Assembly (NCBI GenBank): GCA_020137815.1 | Contig: CM035352.1 | Span: 9,114,001 to 9,178,000 of the forward strand | Length of the DNA: 64,000 nt | Direction of reading: 5' to 3' | DNA from: Hormiphora californensis | Lineage: Eukaryota; Animalia; Ctenophora | Shown here: piece by piece, positions 1 to 12,418 of the stretch | Numbering within the stretch: the stretch's first letter is position 1 | Layout: each line of letters opens with the position of its first letter | Translations under genes and position numbers: made by a program | The notes under the pieces: generated by a model | What the model was told of the DNA's origin: nothing | Database searches by the model: none | Seen by the model: only the letters and a program-made list of their open reading frames with translations

Positions 1-241
1 ATAAATAGATATCTGTATAAGATCAGCTCCAGTCTTTCCATAAGTAAACGGGTACATTGTAACACCTATAGAAAGTTATGTTACTATGGTAACTATGGTA
101 ACTATATGGTAACTATATGGTAACTATGGTAACTTACTATGGCCCTCCTCCCGGATCCAACCGCAAACCGAAAACGAGTCAAACTCTGCACCATCCGTTC
201 CTGAACAAAACTTTGTTAATTCATATGAAACCATACCCGCG

Positions 242-540
242 TATATGATTCAGGTTATAAACCACCCCCCCCCCCCTGCTGATATTTCCCGCAGTCTACT
301 GTGGTATATCAAATAATTCCCTCCCTCTGTTTTCACACCTTTCATAATTCCCGGGGTCGTTTTATAAGAAATAACCACGGCTAGTAAAGTGATGAAATTT
401 GATAATCCCCTACCGGGGATTATCACACGATATTCCCCTCGTCGCTTCGCTCCTCGTGGATATCGTATTGATATACCACCCTGACAGGGTGGTATATCAG
501 ATTTCATCCCTCTACTAGCCGGGGTTATCTATATTATATG
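242..540. mobile_element. Short non-autonomous repeat with internal palindromes (Helentron/Crypton-like family, unresolved)
   Basis: Flanked by TATATG. Contains the hairpin tgatataccaccctg-a-cagggtggtatatca and the motif cctcgtcgcttcgctcctcg, whose reverse complement resembles the ccgaggcggagccgagg motif in the 679-bp array. Confidence 0.4.
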
Positions 541-994
541 TACCAGAAAAAGGAAAACCAGTGAAAATGTGTAACTTTCACCATTCACGTTTATGAAGGT
601 GAGATTTTGAACATTTTGGAATCCCATTGATATTAGTACCCAATTATGTAATATTAAAAACCCGGCCACAGTAATTGGTAAAAGTACATATTAGTTTTCA
701 TCAAGGGGGTTGTGTATATTACACTTTCTCCGACACGGGACTCAAGCACGGGGGTGCAGGTAGCCTACAGAAGGTGAGGTGTGACAGTGATTTCTTTCTG
801 TGCATGAAAATGCAGAATCGGTTAGGGACCGTTCCCTCCTCCCAATGGCTTGTTGACATAGCCCTAACCAAGCCAGCGGAGGGGGATTAAGAGCTCAAAC
901 GGGCATACGATGGTGTGGTATGACTTTTGGTGAAAGTGAAGTGTCTTGTCCAAGTTGAAATCCGGGTTCCTTATGTACTGCGGAAGGGGTCTTG

Positions 995-1875
995 CCCAGT
1001 GTCCCGATCTCTGGAATATGAAGGAAAGATAAATGCAAAAATTCTGCAGCAAAACAAAATCCTTGCAGCAAAATGAAAAAATATTGGGGACTGCAGCAGC
1101 TGCTGCTGCAGCAGCAGAAGATATTTCCCATACTTACACACAGAGATACAGCAGTGCTGCAGTGTTAACAGTGTGTAACAGAGAGATAGAATATGTTGGG
1201 GCATGCCACAGTTGTGCGTAATGCACCGACAACAGTCGAGTAAGGGGGAGGGGGAAAGAAAAGAGAGATTCATACTTTAACAAAGATCTCTTTTTTCCCC
1301 ATAGCTTTACAAAGGGGTGAGATCGTTATAGTCACTGTTGCAGTACCTGCGTGGAATTTTCTCGGAATTTTCCATCTCTGCAGTCGCTGCAGCACTGCAG
1401 CAGGGAAGGGGAAGAAAAGAGAGATTCATACTTTAACATAGCTCTCTTTTTTCCCCATAGCTTTACAAAGGGGTGAGATCGTTATAGTCCCTGAGTGGAA
1501 TATTCCAAGACATTTCCACTGCTGCAGCAGCACTGCAGCAGGCACTGCAGAGATGGAATATTCCAAGGAATTTCCACTACTGCAGGCTGCAGTAGTGGAA
1601 ATTCCTTGGAATATTCCATCTCTGCAGCAGCACTGCAGCAGGCACTGCAAAGATGGAATATTCCAAGGAATATTCCAAGGAATATTCCAACCTTATAGGG
1701 ACCTTATAGGGACTGCAGTAGGGAAATATTCCAATGTTAGGGGTACTGGGACTGCCGGGGTATTTTAGGACGGCAAAATCCCTATCCATGACTGCAGCAA
1801 ATAGTAAAATTCCTGCAGCAAAACGAGCTCCCAAAATGAAAATTCCAGGCGTGAAAAAAAAATCGGGACACCGGG
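995..1875. mobile_element. Non-autonomous DNA transposon (MITE), 8-bp TSD, nested in the first 621-bp unit
   Basis: TIR CCCAGTGTCCCGAT / ATCGGGACACCGGG (1 mismatch). TSD GGGTCTTG at 987-994 and 1876-1883. The empty site is visible in the other units. The interior is rich in CTGCAG and GGAATATTCC palindromes. Confidence 0.9.
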
Positions 1876-3037
1876 GGGTCTTGTTAGCCAATAGGAGGGC
1901 ACCGGGTGGCGCGCTCTCATTGGTTCCTTCAGCATCCAATCAGAGAACAGGAAACAGGAAATCGGATAGTTTCGGACAATTTCGGGATAGTTTGTGACAA
2001 ATAACTTTGCGGGGGTTCCCAATTAGAAGTCAGTCATTTTCAAAGCATCACATCAAGTTCTGGTCACACAGCTCCAACTGTAGAGCCTACATCCACAGGC
2101 TCCAGAGCCAGGGCTTAGATCCAGGTAGGCTTGAACAATCTATTCCAGAACAAGGGAGTCCAATTAGGCTACCCCTGAGAGTCCACGGGGGCCGCCGGGC
2201 TTAATAATCATCAAGGGGGTTGTGTATATTACACTTTCTCCGACACGGGACTCAAGCACGGGGGTGCAGGTAGCCTACAGAAGGTGAGGTGTGACAGTGA
2301 TTTCTTTCTGTGCATGAAAATGCAGAATCGGTTAGGGACCGTTCCCTCCTCCCAATGGCTTGTTGACATAGCCCTAACCAAGCCAGCGGAGGGGGATTAA
2401 GAGCTCAAACGGGCATACGATGGTGTGGTATGACTTTTGGTGAAAGTGAAGTGTCTTGTCCAAGTTGAAATCCGGGTTCCTTATGTACTGCGGAAGGGGT
2501 CTTGTTAGCCAATAGGAGGGCACCGGGTGGCGCGCTCTCATTGGTTCCTTCAGCATCCAATCAGAGAACAGGAAACAGGAAATCGGATAGTTTCGGACAA
2601 TTTCGGGATAGTTTGTGACAAATAACTTTGCGGGGGTTCCCAATTAGAAGTCAGTCATTTTCAAAGCATCACATCAAGTTCTGGTCACACAGCTCCAACT
2701 GTAGAGCCTACATCCACAGGCTCCAGAGCCAGGGCTTAGATCCAGGTAGGCTTGAACAATCTATTCCAGAACAAGGGAGTCCAATTAGGCTACCCCTGAG
2801 AGTCCACGGGGGCCGCCGGGCTTAATAATCATCAAGGGGGTTGTGTATATTACACTTTCTCCGACACGGGACTCAAGCACGGGGGTGCAGGTAGCCTACA
2901 GAAGGTGAGGTGTGACAGTGATTTCTTTCTGTGCATGAAAATGCAGAATCGGTTAGGGACCGTTCCCTCCTCCCAATGGCTTGTTGACATAGCCCTAACC
3001 AAGCCAGCGGAGGGGGATTAAGAGCTCAAACGGGCAT

Positions 3038-3783
3038 TGTAGAGCGGCAGATCTACATGTTACGGGTGTTTAGGTTTGTCAGTTTGTTTGGGGCAAATAT
3101 ATTTTATTATTTTATATTATTTAGGTGCAAATGGGTCGGAGTTGTTTGTGTGTGGTAATGGAGGTCGATATTTTATTTATTTAGTTTGTAAAGTGCTCGG
3201 AGAGAGAGACGTGGGAGAGAGGGAAAGAGAGGAGAATCTCATCTGAAACTATTATGGGACCACACAATGCACTGGGGGATGAGATTTCTCACTAAAAGGG
3301 CTATTTTTGATAGAAACTTCCATTAGGGCACTGGATGCTAAAGTTGGCATTATATTGGGCGCACCTATGAAATTGGGACACGTATAGGTTCCGTGGAGGT
3401 TTAGGTCACGTGACCATTGGCCAATGAGGAACCTCGCATTTAGCATGACGTGTGGCCAATGGGGAATGTCGCATTTGGCATGTGATAAGGGCTGATTCTC
3501 TTCCTCTGTGAGAGAACAAAACTCGGGAGCAGGAAGGAAATCTTCACTTCTGCTTGGGGCTTGCTCAGGGCAGAACGTTGCTTGGCTACCAGGCCATGGT
3601 CATCAGACGGGCTTAACATGGACTCTAACTGTGTCAGAGGGTCTTCCCTGACTGGCTTTACAGTGCCTCGGTCTCCAGTTCAGTAGACCGCTACCTGAGC
3701 GGGTCGTCTCAGTGTGCTTGTGAATTGGACTTGGGTTTGTTGGGATAGTCAGGCAGGCTTTGGGTACAGTAGAATAGGGCCGT

Positions 3784-3818
<35 letters not shown>

Positions 3819-4248
3819 GGAGAGAGTCAGATGAGAGTGAGATGAGAGTGAGAGGAGAGTCAAAGGAGAGTCAAAGGAGAGTCAGAGGAGAGTCAGAGGA
3901 GTGGTGTAATTGAGTGATGTAAAGGAGTGGAGTGAGAGAGATTATTTAGGCTTTATGTTATTTATGTGATTTTACTATTTACAATTGGTTTGCGTGCAGG
4001 CAAGGGATTCACGCCCCTCAATATCCGTGTTATGGTTTAGAGCCTCTAGGCAGCATAGTGCATACAAATACAAAATCCTAAGGATACGGGAGCTTTTGGA
4101 GTACGGACTATGGATAGTCCGGTAGGAGTGTAGCAGTGACCACACGACCTAGTCACACTGGGGTTTTTTACAGTCCTACCCAGGCTACACAGAGATGGGC
4201 ATTCTCACTGAGAGTTTGCAGTCTCTCGGGGTCACACCCAGTCCTACA
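3038..4248 (+). repeat. 5' LTR
   Basis: Direct repeat of 11206-12418 with TG...CA ends, CCAAT boxes and a (GA)n tract. Confidence 0.95.
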
Positions 4249-6977
4249 TTATGGTCCGACGAGAACCAGATATCAGCATCTGAGTTGACATTTGTATGCA
4301 GGCTATGCTTTTTGGAACGGTAGAGGGCTTATTATACGGAGAGAGGGCTTTGTATATATTATATTAGGCGGAGAGAGAGCTGAGTAGGGAGCAGGAGTTA
4401 TTTAGGAATTTTACGTACTCAGCTTTTCGTTTACAACCTCTGCAGGTATGCACGCATTTGTATTGGTCATTTTATCACTAAAATAGGAATATAGGTTTTG
4501 ATGTTTACGGGCGGTGGATATTTTTTATGCTTGTAGAATCAGGTACACAAGGCTGGGTAGTAGCAGGACGGCCGCCAAGCCATCAAATCGTTTCTTTTCT
4601 CTCTTGGCGACCCATCCTGTTTCTGCTTGACTTTTATTATATGGGGTGTGAGGCTAAGGGTTAATTATGGGAGCAGGAGGATGCACAGACGGGGGCCGGT
4701 TCGGAATTTTACCTTATAAAAACATATTAGTATAATAGGAGCTTGCTCCAGCAGTTGCCCTTATTTTGGTACCCCTCCGGCGGGAGACACTAATATTAAA
4801 CCCACAGCTGATATATCTTTAGAAATTCCCACAAAACTCTAGGGCAAAGGTTTCCCATTTGATTCAGAGGCAGCCGTGAGTCATGCTGCGATGGTAAGAC
4901 ACCCATTCATTCATTCCTAAAATTTTCATAGTATTACAGAAAGAACCGAAATTTGGTACATGTTAGGCACGTGGTAGAAAGGAAAAGACAGTCTTTTTAG
5001 GGTAAGGTGTGCAGCCACATTGGCTTATGTTGCTGGCAATGTTTAAATTTAATGATTTAGATATTGTTTGGGTGGAAGAATGAGGCTGAATAGGGGATAT
5101 GGAGGTTATGGGAGGGCAACCTATCGCTCACGTTGTATAATATATTATTCCCCTGATTTATTGAATCGTTTGGTGACATTGACACAGTGTGCGGACTCAA
5201 GTGCTAAGATCACTCTCAGCGAACTCCGACCGTTAGACCGGAGGCGAGAGTTTGCTGTACCTCTATATGCGTTTAGAAGGGCCGGTTGGGGCCGGTATTT
5301 GGGTCCGAGGTTAGTGGAATAGGGGTGGAGGTGTGAGTCGAGATGTGAGTTGAGATGTGGGTGGAGTTGTGAATTGGGGTGTGGGTTGAGGTTAGACATA
5401 GGGTCCGGCTGGCTCTGGGGTCCGCACACACAGTGATACCTCACTCAGGCGAGATCAAAGTTGCGCAGCGACAGAGATTGAGCCAGGAGAGAGGTAACAA
5501 TGACACCAATTGATTTATTTATTATTATGTGTTATAAAATTACTGTCGAAAAGAGAATTTGGGCTGCGATTTCAGAGAAATTTTGGCTGGTGCTGCGGTA
5601 GCACACTCTGGGCAGCAAATCAACCTTGGTGCTGCATTGGGGCTACAAAGGTGAGTAGCGTGCAACAATGTTCGGGCGGGGGATGTTGCGTGATCGGAAA
5701 AGTTGGGAAAATATCACAGACACCTCTTTTCTGTTTGAAAATCTAATATGTCACTAACTGTGGCAGTCTTTGAGCAAAGTTTCCGGACTTTTTAAATATC
5801 ATGATCAAGGAACACAGTTTCATCACGACATAATTTGGAGGGGGTTATTAAAATTGGGCGTGGTAAAATGAAGTTTCTCTCCTAAAAAGAATTGGAATAC
5901 GTCATGTGGGGGTAGCCGGGTAGGGGCTTGTCACAATCAGGGTGTGGGACATGACAGTACAGTGTACACGGGCTAGGTGACAGTGGTGCGGCCAGGAAGC
6001 TGGCGGTGAAGCGGCTATAGGGCTGTAGGAACGGGCTGGAAGGTAGGTCATATAAATTATAGGCGGTGTGAGTGAATGGATCTCATGCCCAGTCTTCTAC
6101 ACAGTAGTCGAGTAAGTAGTCGAATGCGACATGAACTATATTGAAGTCAGTATACCAGTTCCAATGTTACTTTTTGGCGTGAAGAACAGTATCAGGGATG
6201 CTAAGGACCGAATGGCGGTCTAAATACACGAGTAACGGTTAATGTACTCATTTTGTGGGCCTAGAAAAGGAAGAAGGTGCGTTCGCGTTGTGAGAGTCTT
6301 TGCAAAATCAATGATAATTAAGCGGGGCAATGTAGAGCATGATATCAATTATCAGGGACATTTCAATTGTTTCAACAGGATTAGGATTTAAGTAGGAGGT
6401 TACTAGATCTGAATTAAGCTTTACACTCGGGCAGTCCAGAGAAACACATGGCTCTGTAGATAGGAAGTTATTGGCGGTTCAGTGGGGCTCTACAACCCGT
6501 ATTATTGACCGGGGCTGAGAGTTGGTTAGGGAAGTACGTATGACAGTTTGAATTACTTCCTGGGCAGTAGACCTGGTGTGGGTCTGGGAAGGTTATAACA
6601 TGTGTCTGTACAACCTGGGTCTCAGTAAAGTAGGCCGGCTGGATATGTCAGCCGTCAGGAATCTCAAAAAGGTTTCAGTAAAACCCAGGTTTAGAGTCTT
6701 GTTAAATAGAGAAGGAAACAAAACGGTCAGGTTAGGGCTATTAGACAGGGGGCCCCGGGAAGTAAGCGGGGTGTAAGGAGGTAGTGGTACACATAGTGCG
6801 CACCGGTCGGTGTAGCTAGCAATGCAGAATTGGTCTTGCACAGGACACAGTTAGCTAGACAGGTGGTTTAGCAAGGTAGTGCTAACTAGGCAGACAGTTT
6901 AGCAAGGTAGTTTAGAAGGGTGGTCTAACTCTAACAAAGTGGTGTTGCGAGGCTGCTTACTGAATTAGTCTAGAAAA

Positions 6978-7212
6978 GTGGCTTAGCGGAGTGGTTCAGC
7001 GAGGTGGTTTAGCGAGGTAGTCTAACGAGGTGGTCTAATGAAGTGGTCTAAGGAGATGGTTTAGTAAGGTGGTCTAGCGAGGTGGTTTAGCGAGGTGGTT
7101 TAACGAGATGGTTTAGCGAGGTGGTTTAGCGAGGTGGTTTAGCGAGGTGGTCTAACGAGGTGGTTTAGTGAGGTGGTTTAGCGAGATGGTTTAGCGAGGT
7201 GGTTTAGTGAGG
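6978..7212 (+). repeat. 13-bp minisatellite (GTGGTTTAGCGAG)n inside the LTR element
   Basis: Roughly 17 degenerate tandem copies. Confidence 0.9.
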
Positions 7213-7329
7213 CCAGGTGGTATGGGTCGATATAGCTAGCAATGCAAAAAGTTGAGGTAGGTAAGTAGGTAGGGCTCGTGGGTAGGTATTCTAGCCAGCA
7301 GGGCATGAGGTCTAGTAAGGGAAGTAAGG

Positions 7330-7750
7330 TAGTGCTCCCGGTTAAACGCAGAGATGAAGTATAAGGCAGTGCTCTCGCTTAGGTCGAGCTGTAATAAAAA
7401 GGCCAAGTTCCCGTTTAGGTTGAGCTCAAATAAGTCAGTGCTCCCGTTTAGGTAGAGCTATAATAAGTCAGTGTTCCCGTTTAGGTCGAGTTATAATAAG
7501 GCAGTGCTCCCGTTTAGGTAAAGCTATATTAAGTCAGTGTTCCCGTTTAGGTCGAGTTATAATAAGGCAGTGCTCCCGTTTAGGCAGAGCTGAAGTGAGG
7601 TAAAGTACGCTCCCGTTTAGGTTGAGCGGAATTAAAGGCTAGTACGCTCCCGTTAAGGTCGAGCGGAACGAGAAATAAGGGCTAGTACGCTCCCGTTTAG
7701 GTCGAGCGGAAATAAGGGATAGTAGGCTCCCGTTTAGGTCAAGCTGAAGT
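7330..7750 (+). repeat. ~35-45-bp minisatellite with core CTCCCGTTTAGGTCGAGC
   Basis: About 11 tandem copies with related linkers. Confidence 0.85.
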
Positions 7751-10700
7751 AAAACAGGGGCCAGTGTTCAAGCTGAGTTAGACTAAGTTAATGCCCCAGT
7801 TTAGATAAAGTAGCTGTGCTCTCAGTTTAGGCAGAGTTTTGGCCAGGACCAGGAATTCAAAAATAACAATAGAAAGAGAGGGCAGTGCACCCGTAGTTAA
7901 TCAGTACACAGTATTATACACGTGCTCGGGGCGGGATCAGTGTGAACAATAGCCGGCGCCCGACACGGGGAAGTAAGATGCTGGAAATGGAATAATAGGG
8001 TCCAGTTGGTTAAGTTCATTGAGACGGGCGAGGCGAAGTTGTTGATTGGTCGCAGTAGTAGATAAGAAGTAGTAGTAGAGGAGAAGTAAGCGCCAAACAT
8101 ATGAGAGCCAGTTGGGAATGAATGGTACTTGTCAGTTATTATGGGTACTAGTTTGAAGTGATATGCTAATGAGGGGCATAACGAGAGGTAACGAGGAGTT
8201 GTCTGGGCTACAGGCCTAATCAAAGGTATGGGGGATCAGTCCCTAGAATTGGATACGGGCAGAATGGGCATTAGAATCATTCATTAGGATAGGGTAGCAC
8301 GGTGCAGGTTACAGGTATACGGGACACGACTATACAAGTGTGTCAAAGTGTGACTCCTCTTAGAGTAGAGCTCTCCGTATTGAAGTAGCCTTAGTAATTT
8401 ACAGAAAGAAAGAAGGTGTAGTGCTACTACTAGAATGATTCCTTAGAGGGTAGGGTAACACCATGCTGAGTTCAGGTATACGGGACACGTCTATACAAGT
8501 GTGTCATAGTGTGACTCCTCTTAGAGTAGAGCTCTCCGTATTTACTGGGCTTAGTGGGGCAGAACAAGAGTGGTAGTGACACTATAATACGGTAGTCGCT
8601 TTCCAATATAATGGGTTGGAGCCGGGATTGCTTATAAAGAGTCTAGAAGAAGGCACGCCACTGAAAATCCTAGCCTGGGTTGGACAAAGGTACCACATGA
8701 CATACCACGACTGACACAGAGAAACACGGGGTATGGCATGGGGGAGGTATAGACAGTTTAAGAGACAAACACCCAGAGTTGGGAGGGGACGACGCTTGGG
8801 GGAGGAAAGACAACGACTGGGGATCAACAGTTGCATGAAAATATGGGAAAGGGAACGGATAAATTAGCGACAGATCAGACATGGGACACTGTCCCGGACA
8901 GGGGATCAGGGGTGGGATCAGGGGTGGACCCCTAGGACGCTATATTAGCGTATAATAAATTCATATTTCCTTTATACACCTATATCAGCTTTGGTAATGC
9001 GTTTTCGACTGTAGTGCTATTTTGAGTCCTGGCACACAGAAGGTTTATCACCTTTCCCAAAATTGGGAAGCAAAAGCATATATGCGATCGGGTTTCTAAT
9101 TCTCTCTAGGGTTTTGCCCATGGATAGTAGCACATCGCGGGTAAAACGTGCTTCCCTAGTGTAGAATAGTTACCCACCCCTATAGGTTGGTCATTATCAC
9201 GGTGTGCAAGGAGAAGGTAAAACGTGGGTGTGACCAACCTATCGGTGGGGTTGTGTCAAATCCCGACACATCAAGAATGCCGTGCGCAAAAATTGGGGCA
9301 TGCTGGCTAGTTGGCTGGATTGGTCGGTTGGTAGCTAAGCATGTGGTGGGTATTATTGGGGATAGGTCAGGGTTGGGACGACCAGAAAACGCATTAGAGG
9401 GGGATCGGAGTAGCGCCCGACCTCATTCATATTATATTGATATTATATAACGGACGGTGGATGGGTGGGAAGATGAATTCAAAGCTGATGGTTGTAGACC
9501 TTAAACGGGGGAACGGCGGTCGACATGGGGGACGGCAGGTATAGGGAGGAGCCGTGAATTATTATAGGTGCCTAAAATCATATCTGAATATTTTTATTAG
9601 ACAATACAAGGAAATGAACAATAGGAGGAATGTTCATTGGAATTTACGGGGGAACAGAAAAGCCTGGCGGGGGGAGGCGTATATAGGTGGCGCAGGCACC
9701 TGGGGCGTGGTTTTGGAGGAAAGGGTATGTCAAGAAAAGTGATTGTATCCAGGGGGGATACAATAGGTTCATTCTCGGACCAACATTTTTTCTTTCGAGG
9801 GGGGTGAGACGACGGTATGTGACCATCCCGTCGATAAATACGCAGGAACGCAAAACGGAGAGGAACATTTTTTGAGAAAATATTTGAGGGTAATATTTTA
9901 AATTTTCTCCTTGGTATAAAAGTGTGTTAAAAGTCTGGTGATTTTTATTTTTTATGTTACTTAGAAAAGTATCACCAGTCGCGGTAAAAGTACAGGTGAG
10001 GTGATTTTGTGGTGTTGAGGTGATTTTGTGTTGTTCGACAGGCAGGCAAATGGGCGCATCTGGGTGGATCATCGGAAACTATGGCTCTCGACGGAGCCGT
10101 GCTGGATGACAGACTTGGGAGTCGCTTTGCAACACGTGGGCTTCCATGACAGGTTTGGATTTACCTCTTCGAATACGGCCCTCCGGAAACTACAATGAGG
10201 AGGTCGGGTCAATTCCAAGAAACTACAAAAGTATCGGGCAAGACGATCAGAGAATTTGGAAATGGGGCACATCAACCCAAAGGATCAGAGGTGGAGGGTG
10301 GGCCGCGGGGTTATGGCACGCTTATATGGGCAGACAGCGTGGTCTGCAGGACGAGAGGGATGTGTTGAGGATCAGAAGACTACGAATAAACACAACTTCT
10401 ATCGGTTCCGGGAAAGGCAGAAGACAGGGGAGGTCGGAGGAGACAGGGGATGTCGGAGATATTGCGGGCAGAGCTGGTACAAGTGGAGACTGGAGAAAAG
10501 ACGGAACCAGTGGATCAAGGGCAGTGTAAAGGTTACCGATAAGGGAAGTTTTCAGACAATGGTCTATGTGGGTCTTGTGTGGTCAGCAGATTTGGGCTAC
10601 ACAATGGAATCGGAGGAGACACATGTGTATGTGGGCGAGACTCCAGTTACAAGACTCCGCGAGGTTCAGAAATGTTTCAGAAACGGGGAGCTCATGGTTC

Positions 10701-11205
10701 AGTTTCCAAAAGATCTAGAGAGGAATTTTACAAAATGAGGACGCTAACGGAGGAGATGGCTACGTACTACGAGGAGCTGCAGCAACCAGACTCCGAGGCT
10801 TGGGAGGAGTATTCTAGGAGGAGGTTAACCAGAGGACAAGTAACACGCTTTTGTTAAACAAGCGTCAGGAACGAGGACCAGGCAAGCAGAGTTCACAATT
10901 TGAGGAAAGGGCTCGACATCCTGAGCCGGGCAAACATTACATTGGGGGATAGGGATAGATACAAGTTGGAGACACGCGGATGGAGGTGGGAGTTCCAGAC
11001 GGTTGCAGGTACTTCTACCATCGGACAGGGGGCAACGGGTTTGCGAGTGGTTCTCAGTCTGTCATCAAGGCACCTATCAGTCCTTCTACGACCTTCCTAC
11101 ATCCTACCATCCCTACTGGACCGAGTAAGACGCCGCTGCCGGGTTTAAATGCCGCCAAGGACACTGGGCTGAGGGACACTCTTGTTTGTTTAGGGGGGGT
11201 GGGTA

Positions 11206-11951
11206 TGTAGAGCGGCAGATCTACATGTTACGGGTGTTTAGGTTTGTCAGTTTGTTTGGGGCAAATATATTTTATTATTTTATATTATTTAGGTACAAAT
11301 GGGTCGGAGTTGTTTGTGTGTGGTAATGGAGGTCGATATTTTATTTATTTAGTTTGTAAAGTGCTCGGAGAGAGAGACGTGGGAGAGTTGGAAAGAGAGG
11401 AGAATCTCATCTGAAACTATTATGGGACCACACAATGCACTGGGGGATGAGATTTCTCACTAAAAGGGCTATTTTTGATAGAAACTTCCATTAGGGCACT
11501 GGATGCTAAAGTTGGCATTATATTGGGCGCACCTATGAAATTGGGACACGTATAGGTTCCGTGGAGGTTTAGGTCACGTGACCATTGGCCAATGGGGAAC
11601 CTCGCATTTAGCATGACGTGTGGCCAATGGGGAATGTCGCATTTAGCATGTGATAAGGGCTGATTCTCTTCCTCTGTGAGAGAACAAAACTCGGGAGCAG
11701 GAAGGAAATCTTCACTTCTGCTTGGGGCTTGCTCAGGGCAGAACGTTGCTTGGCTACCAGGCCATGGTCATCAGACGGGCTTAACATGGACTCTATCTGT
11801 GTCAGAGGGTCTTCCCTGACTGGCTTTACAGTGCATCGGTCTCCAGTTCAGTAGACCGCTACCTGAGCGGGTCGTCTCAGTGTGCTTGTGAATTGGACTT
11901 GGGTTTGTTGGGATAGTCAGGCAGGCTTTGGGTACAGTAGAATAGGGCCGT

Positions 11952-11988
<37 letters not shown>

Positions 11989-12418
11989 GGAGAGAGTCAG
12001 ATGAGAGTGAGATGAGAGTGAGAGGAGAGTCAAAGGAGAGTCAAAGGAGAGTCAGAGGAGAGTCAGAGGAGTGGTGTAATTGAGTGATGTAAAGGAGTGG
12101 AGTGAGAGAGATTATTTAGGCTTTATGTTATTTATGTGATTTTACTATTTACAATTGGTTTGCGTGCAGGCAAGGGATTCACGCCCCTCAATATCCGTGT
12201 TATGGTTTAGAGCCTCTAGGCAGCATAGTGCATACAAATACAAAATCCTAAGGATACGGGAGCTTTTGGAGTACGGACTATGGATAGTCCGGTAGGAGTG
12301 TAGCAGTGACCACACGACCTAGTCACACTGGGGTTTTTTACAGTCCTACCCAGGCTACACAGAGATGGGCATTCTCACTGAGAGTTTGCAGTCTCTCGGG
12401 GTCACACCCAGTCCTACA
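11206..12418 (+). repeat. 3' LTR
   Basis: Direct repeat of 3038-4248, preceded by a polypurine tract. Confidence 0.95.

Larger units (their letters stand above)
3038..12418 (+). mobile_element. Non-autonomous LTR retrotransposon (LARD-like), 9.4 kb
   Basis: LTRs at 3038-4248 and 11206-12418, both TGT...ACA, differing by about 7 substitutions and one GA unit. 4-bp TSD GCAT. PBS-like TGGTCCGACGAG at 4252; PPT AGGGGGGGTGGGTA at 11192-11205. No gag/pol-length ORF. Confidence 0.93.

Noticed and set aside
699-730. CATCAA terminus resembling adenovirus/Polinton ends
   Set aside because: No pPolB, integrase or capsid ORFs, and the TSD is 12 bp rather than 6.
675-2825. Repeated 60-90-aa ORFs in the 621-bp unit (and likewise in the 679-bp unit)
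   Set aside because: No recognisable domains and mostly non-ATG starts; recurrence only reflects the DNA repeat.
7330-7750. CRISPR-like repeat/spacer look
   Set aside because: The linkers are short and related to each other, the repeats are degenerate, there are no cas genes, and the array lies inside a eukaryotic LTR element. It is a minisatellite.
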